Origin: Sphaeroforma arctica JP610
Lineage: Eukaryota
Reading direction: 5' to 3'
Length of the DNA stretch: 32,250 nucleotides
Assembly (NCBI RefSeq): GCF_001186125.1
Contig: NW_014039651.1
Span: 1-32,250, forward strand
Shown here: positions 1-11,291 of the stretch, piece after piece
Layout of the letters: each line of letters opens with the position of its first letter
Position numbering within the stretch: the first letter of the stretch is position 1
Notes under the pieces: model-generated
The model's input: the letters and a program-made list of their open reading frames with translations, nothing else
What the model was told of the DNA's origin: nothing
The model's database searches: none
Translations under genes and position numbers: made by a program

Positions 1-11
1 TGTGTGTGTAT

Positions 12-98
<87 letters not shown>
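1..98. repeat. Compound (TG)n/(TA)n microsatellite, probably intronic in the CRT-like gene
   Basis: Dinucleotide runs read directly, upstream of the acceptor at 286. Confidence 0.95.
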
Positions 99-101
<3 letters not shown>

Positions 102-286
102 CTTGAGAGTTATATTGTTTTAGTAGAAGCGCTTGTACGTTCGGATATTTAAATTAATATCAACCGTGATTGTAGCTGCTCGTGATGTATCAAGCTGCTC
201 GTAATCTGATTGGGACGAGGCCGTTACTTTTCTGACCAAATTCTTTACTCGTGTTTTCTTTTACATTGTGCAAATTCGAGTTGCAG

Positions 287-2739
287 GCGCTGGTGACAAA
301 GAAAACTGGTTATGCCATGCACAGGTTTCCGTACTTTATACTTCTGGTAGTTTCCTTCGCATTTGTGCCGTTGTTCTTCGCTATGGTGCTATTTATTCAG
401 TTCAAATCGGGAGGTTTTTCACAGCACACCAAAACCGCCTCGTTACACCTGAAATTCTGCGTTGTCGGAGCCCTGAATGCCTTGAACGGTATGAAATACT
501 GAATTGGGCTGCTCTTCAGACCCTTTCACGCGAGAAGTTTGTACTTGGCATTACCAATCCGAATTTGCTGGCTTAGAGTCATGCAGTTGTATTCTATACA
601 GCGACATGAGCGTCATGTTGTCATTAAAACTGTGCCAGTATTTCTACTAGGGATCAGTAGACTGTTCGTAAAGTAGCCTTCTGTTGTCAAATGTGGCGTC
701 GTAGTTTCCGCCCTTAAGCATTTAGCCAGGACGATGATTCAGCATCAATTCTGACGTGTATTGACTTATTATGTCTCTGCAATCGCAGGTATGTGCGTCA
801 TATTCGCCAATCCGCACGTACCAGGCAGTCTGCAGCAGATTATGGTACAAGCAGTGATGCCCATAACCATGGGGATGTCCATCGTCATTCTGGGCTCCAA
901 GTTCCATCGTTTGCAGCTGCTAGGCGCTCTGATGATCTGTATGGGAGTCATAATCGAGCTGTACCCTCTGTTCATCGGATCGAAAGGTCCGGGTGGGGGC
1001 CTCGAAATATCTCCTGGCGCTGTTGATGATGCTCAAATGCACTCGCACGAGCTTCTGACGAGCGGAACGCAAACGAGTACATATCCGTATGCCTACAGGT
1101 ATACTAGCGGCAGTGCGATAGTAAGCACTGGTGCAAAAAATAACGCCCAACAAAGCCAACCCCCAGCGTATTTCTGGTCGATGGTATTTCTGCTGGGTCA
1201 GGTACCCATGGGCATGCAGAGTGTTTTTCAGGAGCTGGCCTTCTCGCAGGCGCACGTGAACGTCGTGTACATGATGGCCTGGTCATCACTGGCCCAGTTT
1301 CTGTCTTTGTGTGTGCTGAGCGTGTTTAATTTCATCCCAAAGTTTGGGGCTGTGGCGCCCGGTGATTTTGGAGAGTACATGAAAGAGTCACTTCAGTGTG
1401 CCCGGGGATATGGAGACGGATGCGAGCAAGCTCCTGTGCTGTTGACGTGCTTCGTGATGATTATGCTCACCGCCCAGATAGTGCAGGTAAATATGGACTG
1501 TAAAGTTGTATGTATCTTTTGAAAGTTTGGAGCTCGTGTGTAGTTGCAAATATATTTGGTTAGCGATGTATGGATTTTATTGCAGCAGCATGCAATGCAT
1601 CGTTCAAAGTCAGCAGGGTGAGTATTTAGAGCTACACACTTTGTCATGAGGCATATCTAGGATGGTCAGTTGCGAATGCGGAACCATACTAGATTTTAAG
1701 ATGATCATGGCACAGCTATCAAACGCTCTCATTGTCATCTTTCGTTTCCGTTCGTCTGGACCGACTAGACTAACACTTTCACATATTTAAGTAGTTTGCT
1801 TCACACTTAAATCCATCGCCCTGATACTGTCTTGCCATACAAATGCTATCCTCAGGCACTCCTGGTCAAGAAGTCAAGTGCGGCGTTAGTGGTTATAGTC
1901 CTTACCGTCATCACACCCCTATCGACGGTGTGTTTCTCGATACCATATTTAATGGGCGAGCACACCGAGGCCTTGAAAATTAGCACCTGTGTGGCACTTG
2001 TTGTGTTGACTGTGGGTGTTATTATCTACCGAGTGCCCGATGCGCTAGTACTGAAAGAGGGCCGGAAGTGCGAGGCTGACGAGAGGTAAGTGCATGCTGG
2101 TTGTAAGATATCCACGCTGTCTGCCACGTGCAGAAAGTACTTGGTTTTATGCGTTTGATGCATAGATAGTCAGCAACGAGTTCACAATGAAAGCCAGCTT
2201 CACACTGCTCTTTACTTCGGTGCAGGATGGTAAAATATTCATTTGCGAAGTTTCACATTCCTGCAACCTTTAGTACTTGAGAAAATTGCTAGTAACTTTT
2301 AAATTCTGCATTTTCAGCAGCTTCACGGATAGCGACGGGCTGCATACGCAACGTAGGGAGACTGAACCATTACTCACCCGTAAGAAGTAAGTCATCAGGT
2401 TCGATCGCTGATTTATCTACGTAGACAGCAATTTTCTTTTCTGTCATGCGGATTCACTCCGCCATTCTTGTTATCGGAAGCTCATTTGTTTCATTTCTGC
2501 TCACTCATGATAGATCGAGGACAGCCACGACTGATAGTGATAGGCATCCGGTGATGCTCAATTCAAGAATTGGAGTCATCTCTTCGGAATACACGGGCGA
2601 GGCTGACATATCCGATGGCATCAAGACCATTCTGTACAGCCACACACATCTCACGGAAGGGGATGCGAACGCGCACCCAACGCACACGCACGCACACACG
2701 CATACGATGTCCCATTCATACTCAAATGTAGATGCTTGA
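287..2739 (+). CDS. CRT-like (chloroquine-resistance-transporter family, DMT superfamily) membrane transporter, 5'-partial; exons 287-488, 789-1486, 1856-2085, 2318-2386, 2514-2739
   Basis: All introns are GT-AG (donors gtatga 489, gtaaat 1487, gtaagt 2086, gtaagt 2387; acceptors cag 286, cag 788, cag 1855, cag 2317, tag 2513). Phases are compatible: 1425 nt = 475 codons ending in TGA. The product is multi-pass hydrophobic with CRT-like segments 'GALNALNGMCVIFANPHVPGSLQQIMVQAVMPITM', 'QSVFQELAF', 'MAWSSLAQFL', the Cys pair 'SLQCARGYGDGCEQA' and 'LLVKKSSAAL'. Confidence 0.85.
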
Positions 2740-4931
2740 CCTTTCGGTGACTGCGGACCTTCTCATAAAACGCCGAGCTCCTTGAACGTGGAAGTGGATT
2801 AGAATCCCCGCAGTGGGTGCGCGAGTGAGTTCATATTATGAACACGTGTGTACAGGTAAAGCGAGCTCTTCTTACTGGATTTTGTTTTTCCAGCACATGC
2901 GGTGTCGTACCGTGATCACCGTTATGTATGACCCGATAACACGTGTAGTTATAGACAGCCGGTGGATCGTGCGAATGCTACGGTGAATCTGCAGCGGTAG
3001 TAGGTCTTAGCAGTAGGTCTTAGCTGATGCAATCATGTCCGACTATTGTCATCGCTTGCTATTTCTACCCGCGTTGCTGGGCTGAATCGCAAGTCGGCAT
3101 GAGACAAGCCATGAACAGCGAAGGGAAGAACGAGGATCTAGGAGCTGACCTGTGGCATGGTACGCCTCCTTACGGGTGTTAAGTGAACATCCGAAAATTG
3201 ACACAAGACTGGAAAGCTCTCTGCTGGTGTTCGACAACTTAATAACGGGCTAAGCGTAGAATAGCCAGAGGCCTGTTCCCATTGATGGGTTGGGCGTGGA
3301 ACGGGTGTGATAGCTGTCGACGGTGCATTATGGACATTCGATTCGTGGTGGAGACCTAAGACAGTGGTGTTGTCAGTCAATCTGTTCATGCAGACACCCA
3401 TTTACTTGTATGTCGAGGTATGCACTTTCACAGAGTCAAAAGAAACGCACGACGAATGGACGGTCTATATCAGAAAAGTACGGACTGAGATGGTAGTGCC
3501 TAGTTATATATGCCTGACGCCATTATTGAAAGGAAGAGTACAGAATCCGAACCACTACCTTATCTAAGTTTCAGTCGAGTGGAATTTGGAAGCTGACAAA
3601 AGTATATGTTTGAAATTTTCACGGCATCACCAATCAACTATTTAGCAGAATGGTCATCGACTACGGAATGAAAATCAACAATCCACTGTGAATGTTGGCA
3701 TGGTGTACGATCGTCGCTAAACAACTGCTATATCTCAACCGCTAGATGCCAAGAGCTATGCATACCACCGCAAAAATTTCGAAGTGATTTAAGATGTAGT
3801 GTCATGCCGGCCGATGCATTAGAAGGCGGTGACCGTGTATAGTCGAGGGTTGAAGTCCTGCTTAAATTAGATTTAGAAACTAAAACCTAGATTATGTGTA
3901 GCACAAATCAGGAGGTGAGCATTTTGCAAACTCACTTGATACAATCTGCTGACACAGTTCTAAATAGCTGTCAGCCGTAGTCGCATGGGCTGCACCATCC
4001 ACAACTCCATATGGGTCGGTCCTATTAGAACCATCTTCATCGTACCTCGAGAGATGCCAAACAGTTTATAGACAGGAACGAGATCACCTACAACTTGTTA
4101 GGTACGAAGGTGTACCCGCCAGAACAAATGAACGTTTTATACATGTATATTGCGCAGAAGTTCACGATTATGACAGTATTTTCCAATGGCGTCGGAACCA
4201 GCACTTCCTTCCCCTATTTCAACTTGGCATATATTGCACCTGAAATATCAACGCAAGGAAGACGCGCCGCATTAATATCTATGATTTATAGTATATACGT
4301 TGCGTGAGTAAGCAGAGTGTAAAAAGTAGGCGTATCTATTGAATTCCACCCGAATCTAAAAGTACAGCCTCATTTACCCTCAGAAAAAGAGATAGTGTGT
4401 TGTTGGGAATGACCGAAAACTTTCATACACTCCTACCTTGCCTTATATGCGCAATTTCTTGATGATATAAATTTTCAAATTTGTGTTTTCAAATATATCT
4501 GAGATATGAGAGCTATGTCTAATTGTATTGAAGCCGATGGTTGTGGTTGCTCCGTCTATAACGATCCTGGTACGATCCTGGTGCAAGTTAGGCTACCTAG
4601 CGAAACAAATTATAATTGCCGTAGCGGAAATTCTCAACAAGGTTCAACTTTAACAATCAAAAGTCCCTTGTCCACAATAGTTGGGTTTCCTTACTCTAAT
4701 TAGGCTGTCTTCCTCATAGAATGTCTTTTCCACTTGCATAATACTAAACCTCAACTCGAGCCGACTGGAAGTTTTCTAACAAATAGTATTGCATATGTGA
4801 GAACGGCGTTATCATTCCCAGCAAAGGTGTCTATGCTGGTATTTGAGGTATATATGCTTTGTTGTCATGAGTATTGCACAGGCCTTGCCTGTTTAAACTA
4901 TATGTATAAATAATCTTTGTATAGCATACTT

Positions 4932-5003
4932 TATGTATCCGTCTAGTACTTATGTATGAATCCGTCTAGTACGTATGTATGTATCCGTCTAGTACGTATG
5001 TAT
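4932..5003. repeat. Short tandem repeat, about 3 copies of ~23-bp TATGTATGTATCCGTCTAGTACG
   Basis: ATCCGTCTAGTAC occurs three times in tandem. Confidence 0.85.
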
Positions 5004-5484
5004 ATCTCATAAAGCCTTGATTTCATTTTGGGGAAACCTAGTCAGAGTTTGGAGTGGAAATCTGAACGGCCTCGCAGGCTAAAAATCGAGAGACTGGTCA
5101 ATCAGAGACAGAAGGCTTTTTTGCTGCCAAACTCATGGGTACAAAGAAGGCCACTCGACGAGAGCCTCGACCGACTACCCACTCTTCTGCTATTTTGCTC
5201 GCCTATAGCCAAAAATGTGATGCCTGTTTCTCCTACTGTCCCAGGTGCGGACGAGTCAGAGATCGCGCTCGACGGATATGGTTTGCTGTTAAAAGGGACT
5301 TTATTAAACATTGTTCGCAATGGGCTACGCAATGGTTTTACGAGAAAACACAGTGGCAAAATTACGATACAACAATCACAAAACCGAGTTGAGAATCCGT
5401 GTGGTCTCGAACGGTGTATAAAAATTGATTTACGTAAATAAACGCTGATCGGCCCGTTTAAGGTTGCCAAGGTTAATTTCCACC

Positions 5485-5959
5485 ATTTTAGGATATCCCA
5501 CTAATAAGTTAGCTCATCTCAACTGAGCCGTGCAGACGAATTCATCAACAACAAAATTACCCGCGCCTGGAGAAATTTGTATCCTTCTGTTTCAGTTATT
5601 GCACGAGCCTGCGACGGGTTTTACACCGTGTCAGAGAATGCCCGTCTCGTACCTATCCACAAAAGTGATTACATGCCTTTAATAAGCTTCGTATGGGGCG
5701 GATATCCCACTAATAAGTTAGCTCATCTATAAGTTAGCTTATCTAATTTTAGGATATCCCACTAATAAGTTAGCTCATCTCAACTGAGCTGTGCAGACGA
5801 ATTCATCGTCAACAAAATTACCCGCGCCTGGGAGAAATTTGTATCCTTATGTTTCAGTTATTGCACGAGCCTGCGACGGGTTTTACACCGTGTCAGAGAA
5901 TGCCCGTCTCGTACCTTTCCACAAAAGTGATTACATGCCTTTAATAAGCTTCGTATGGG
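5485..5959. repeat. Direct duplication of ~212 bp (5485-5697 and 5746-5959) with a partial third start between the copies
   Basis: Both copies run ATTTTAGGATATCCCACTAATAAG...AATAAGCTTCGTATGGG with few mismatches; 5700-5745 repeats GATATCCCACTAATAAGTTAGCTCATCT. Confidence 0.95.
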
Positions 5960-8900
5960 ACGGTAATCTGTACATTGAGTAGCTATCTTGCTATCTATGA
6001 GAAACTAGCTGACGTACTCGATCGGCCATACATTGAGGGTGGCACTCATGAAAAAAAAATCGGTCGGGTTGATGAGGTTGTTTTTCTGCACCAACTTGTC
6101 TTCTATGAGGCACAGAGCGCAGTGATCTGCCACATCTTCAAATATTTTAGGATTCCAAGATCGTAAATCAACATGTTGTTGGTCAGTTGGTTGTAGAATG
6201 GGTAAGAGTGGTGATGAATCTTGATCTTATAGCTAGGAGTATCACCAAGGTGAAGCAAGAGAATCTCTTGACGTTGCTTCACACATTCTTTACAACCACT
6301 ACAGGATAAGTCTGACAAAGAAGAAAACATGGTATACTATGATTTTATCTCAAACCAGGCCGTATGTGCAGCGACTCTTTTGGCTCCTTTCTCATGGTGA
6401 CAAGCTGCAAAAGCACAAGTACAAGCGAACCCCTCAAGCGGTAAAAAAGGACACTAAATCGCATATTTGTATCAAATTAAATTGATCATCTGGTACAACT
6501 CTGATCCTTCGCCCAGATTGGCAGGTGTAACAACTGCTATTGATGCGTCAATAGCAATTGATGAAGGAGGCTGATATTCAAGTGGGCGCTCACATAATCG
6601 TATCGTACTCTGTTTGTGCGCTTGAGCTTATGATGATAGTTTCCACGGTCGCTTTCTGTGCTACAGTGTTTGCAGGCCATACGAAGGTTTCCGATTCACC
6701 CGATGCTGCTACTTGGGCTCTTGAATCATATGGAGGCGATGCGAAGAAAAAAAGTAGTCTCCGAACACCGCCAGCCGTCAAGGTATGCACAACACGTCAA
6801 CTTTTACTTTATTGATTACTAGCCATAGCCCGTAAGTAACGGCTGTTCCGCACAGTATTTTTGTGTATATACTGTTTCAAAGTATAGGATATCACATTAT
6901 CAGAATTAGTGGCTTTTGGTAAGTGACCAAAAATATTTCCCGAACTGAACGTCTGCATATCACAAAAAAAAACATCGCACGGAAAGAGGAACACAGTGGT
7001 CCGAAAGTGATGCAGTATTCGCTCGGTGAGTTTTCATAACCTTGACATATTATTTGTTAATGTCTACGCTAGGCAAGTCTACTGGAAGGACTAACGTGTG
7101 GGTTAGACGAAGTACTGCTTTTCTCATGAGGTAGTAATTAATGCAGCGTATTGAGCGTCTAAAGGATGCTACATAACAATTGTACCACTTTGTTAGGAAT
7201 CAGTGAGTACACACTTCCGTCAAGTAACCCACTCTGCTGTGCTGGGTCGTTGTGAGAATCTTCTCCTCATGCACTCCACTCTGAGGGGCTGTTGTAAATG
7301 AAACACTCCAAATACGTATACCACACTGTTCACGGTGTGAATCGCGTGCATATATTTCGTTCTCGCATTTTCGTTTCTTGATTGGCTTATATATAGCCGA
7401 ATTAGGAGCCTTCTTCATCCTGGGAACAATGTCAAATCGGGATACAGAAACCACAACAGAATCTGTGAGGTTTGTACGGTATAGGTCACAATCATGCGTT
7501 CGGGTTGAACAACCAAAATAATTTCACATGATACATCTCACACTGTCTGATGCTTTTTGCATTCTTCTCATTTTAGAATTTGATCGCATATCACCTCTCC
7601 GAAATCTGGTTGCTTTCTGATGGGTCAAGTGAGTGCTTTCAGTTGCAGTGTGCCCCATCGAAATACCGCGCCTTGCTTGGAAAAGAGTATATAGTAGAGC
7701 TGCGATAGCCGACATGCTCGGGACGTATTGTCCCCACTATGATAGAGCTGCCAAGGGGGATATGATCTTCGACATTATATTAATACAAGGATCGAGCTAG
7801 AGTTTGACGTTTCTTGGCATCTTTGTAGTTTATTTTTATTTATTTTTGCAAGAACATCATGATGTGTTGTCTTTGAAGTGTTTTGCGTTCAAGTTATTGA
7901 AGAGAGAAACATCGGACTCTTTAACTCTGATAAGAATAGGTCTTTTGGACTACTGGGGTACCCTGATATGGAAAGATATATATTTCTCTATTTAAATATA
8001 GACTCGCTTTGTGTCATACTTACAAGTTCTGTGAGCCATGAATCTGACTCATGTAACGGACAAAACACTGTTATGGTAGTCCTGTGTAGTTATATGAAAT
8101 TATTGAAGAGTCGAACAATAAGTTGCCAAGGTGGGTTACCTCACTGTAGTTTTGTATTTTAAGAGTTATATTTGAAAGACACCTAAAGGATGATTTGATG
8201 TTCTTCAAATTTTTGTACAGTTGTACATTATCACGTGATATAAAAATATTGTAAATGATCGCAAATATCTTTTGCGCTAGCTTAACTCATCTTGGATTAT
8301 ATTTCCAATCGGTGGCTAAGATACCTTTAATTGATGACTTCCTGTTAGTTTTAAATACTGCACTAAACATCTATATGCTATATACTGTAACATCTTTTAT
8401 TTGCCAGTAGTGCTAGGTTGACTATATTTGTTGCTAGCTATTTCATATCACCCCATCCGCTAACATCTTCTCGATTTGTTCGTTTACTACAGTGTACTAG
8501 ATTTATTTTCTTACATGCAAAGTCAGGCATCGATACCTTGACTGTGCTAGATGGTGGCATATATGGATTCAACAATATTAGAAAGTTTTGTAACGGTAAT
8601 TCCTGTTAAGTTTAGGGGCTAGGGTAGCGACTATAATGTCGTTGTTCTGTGCCATCTTAACTACCACTGGCTGATTGGTATTTGCTCAATCGTCGGCCGA
8701 TGCGAATTTAATGTCCATTGCCATGGTGTCACTCTCGGAAATCTCTGGTCTGCTAGCAAAAGGTAAGTCGTCTGTGTTCCACGTTCGATGTTTTCCACTG
8801 AAATAAGCTAATCAGATACCTCTGAATCTAAATCGAATCAATATCAGAGCTATATTACATTGCAGTATACAAATAATATGACAATACACTCACCTGAGTT

Positions 8901-9091
8901 GTTATATTGTTTCTGAAGGGATTGAATCCAGTATTAAAATTTTCATGCCAATTTGATACGAGGCTTGCTGTCACAGGCGTTGACCTCATTAAAAAAGTGT
9001 GCGCAAGCTGGAGCGTATTTACGACTCCAGTGTCCGTTATGTACAAGCTGGTATATCTCGTAGTAGCACTTATCATCGGCACACATCTTAA

Positions 9092-10938
9092 GGGACTACA
9101 GGTCTCGGAGAGACTACAGGTCGCAAACCAGATTTTACAGCAAGAAGTACTTTTTGATTTCTAGAAATCATCAGAGTTAGCTCACTTCCGGGAGCTAATC
9201 AAGTTGCTTAACTTACTCTCGAGAGTTGAGTTGATACTTAACCGACTCCCGAGAGTTGATGAAGTTTGTCAACCGCCTCCCGAGGGTCATTTAAGTTTAT
9301 CAACCGCAACATTCTATATATATAAATAGCTGCATCCCTATGCGAGTCACAACCTATGCGGAAAGGCATCATGTGATCAACGTGAGATTTAGTTATAGAG
9401 AAGTCGAAATAGAATAGCATTAAAGTCTACTACATTACGCTCTAACACTTCATATTTTGCTCATAAGAGGCCTCCTTTTCTTCACAAGTTCTTAACTCAT
9501 CATGATGGTAGTGTTACGTCACGCGAGCGTTCATTAATCTCGAGAACTTTTACCTTTCCATTAGAGGTTACGCGTGCTTCTGAAAAGATCACCATGTTGC
9601 TGATCGTGTTGATGATTACGGTTTAGTCTGACCAGATAAAAACTTCTTCCGATTTGTTCGCATGGCTCATTGAAGTATTTTTATTTCAGTTATATCTGCA
9701 CTTTTTTGCGATGATCGTTGCTATACACATATGTTTCTGTGACCAAAAACCCTACAACACGAGGATAGATAGCAACCAATATCACTTGGAGTTATTACCC
9801 ATAGTGACATGAAGTTTCACCAGGTCGGAGTCAAGTTATTTAAGATATAGCTTGGGTATTCACTTCTGTTTGATAGTTATTAGCCATCGTGTGCGATTTC
9901 CTTCTTTGCAGTCAGCTCATCAACAGATGCATTAAGGGCATCTATATCAGAAGGTACATCTCGATTTGAAATACCGGGTTCCTGACACTGTAGAAGCACA
10001 TGTTTACATAGATCTCAAAATCTGGAATGCGTACAAAGCGTGAAGGATGTATAGTGCCGATCAAAGCATTCCAAATTTTGGAAATCGGGAGACACTATGC
10101 TATACATTAAATTTGAGAACTCTATCCTCGACGGTATTACAGTGTGCTTCTTTCAATATAATAGTTTTCCACCAATATTAAATATATATTTACAACACGG
10201 GCCAGGTCAGAAACCAAATGATATATAGTCAAGTACTCACACACAGAGTAAGACAATCTACTATGAAATAGGACATGTCGAGCTCTCCTGGAAAGTCAAC
10301 TAGATGTTCCCGACTATGACTTAAATAGGGTGGAGAACTAGGTACCACGTTGTGGTATCATGGGCGCAGTGTAATCACTGAACCAGCTTGGTGTTTTGAT
10401 ATAATAAGTTGGGTTTGCATCCATTTAATGGCGCCGAGTACTTCTATGGCTGGGCGACATACTTGAAGCATGAACGCAGCCAATCGATGTCGCTTCAATC
10501 TATAGACCAAGAGTGTATCAGTCTAAAGTTTTCATATCTTTTAGCACTCTACCGAGGTCTGAAGCAAAACATAATTATTTCTCATACATAAGGTTGTTCA
10601 TGTGCACTTCCTTCTTAGTCTAGACGCGCATATTCAACTTCTTTGGTATGTATAGCTTTGGTATCTTTGCATTCATGACCAAAGTTGAGTGTTGAATTTT
10701 CACGACGTTCTGCTGAAGATGTTGGTGATTGAACATCATCTCCATCCACAACATATATCTTCTCGGTAGACGCCACTTCAAAAGAGATAGTATTTTCACG
10801 AAACTGGAGAGAGAGAGAGAGAGAGACCTAAAACCCAGAAACTTGATTACCTCTCAGGAGTGAGCTAACTCTGAAATAAATTCTATATATCACGAGGGTT
10901 TCTTGCTGTAAAATCTGACCTGAGACCTGTAGTCTCTC
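9092..10938. mobile_element. Non-autonomous or decayed TIR DNA transposon with ~100-110-bp imperfect terminal inverted repeats
   Basis: 9092-9205 (GAGAGACTACAGGTC...CAGATTTTACAGCAAGAA...TCAGAGTTAGCTCAC...TAATCAAGTT) is the reverse complement of 10840-10938. The left end is TTAA|GGG; there is no matching TTAA on the right and no intact transposase ORF. Confidence 0.7.
10807..10825. repeat. (GA)n microsatellite
   Basis: Direct read. Confidence 0.9.
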
Positions 10939-10948
10939 AGACGCCACA

Positions 10949-11214
10949 TGTGGTCTGAATACACCAGGTAGGGTTAAACTTATATTTATTAGAGTTTATT
11001 AAAGTTTATCAGAAGGATCTGATAAACTTAGTTTTTGCCGATTAATAGAATCAGCACATGACTCATCAATTAGAAGTCAGCGATTTATAAATCGGAACAT
11101 GACTCATTAATTAGAGGAGTCATGATTTTTACGATTACTAATAAAAGAACAACGTCTCCCTCTCTATGGGGGTAGAACGTTGAGATACAGTTATCTTAGC
11201 GTGCACTTACGACA
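10949..11214 (+). repeat. 5' LTR (266 bp)
   Basis: TGTGGTC...TTACGACA. About 90% identical by eye to 17056-17325 (around 20 substitutions, 2 indels). Contains TATAAA (~11085) and AATAAA (11140-11145). Confidence 0.95.
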
Positions 11215-11291
11215 TTTTTAACTTACCATAGATGTTGTTAGTTTTTTTAGCAAAGATAGACGGTAGCTAGTAGATTTTTTTTTGTTAAGGA

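Noticed and set aside
3049..6330. Short ORFs including 5028-5441, 5135-5392 (CxxC...CxxC) and 5102-5470
   Set aside because: They overlap in several frames with no recognisable domain or consistent splice structure. They may be TE debris but cannot be supported.
6558..8765. Possible multi-exon plus-strand gene (donor-like AAG|GTATGC ~6783, CG|GTGAGT ~7026, AAG|GTAAGT ~8762; hydrophobic leader-like peptides)
   Set aside because: I could not assemble a stop-free, phase-consistent model or recognise a product; RNA-seq would be needed.
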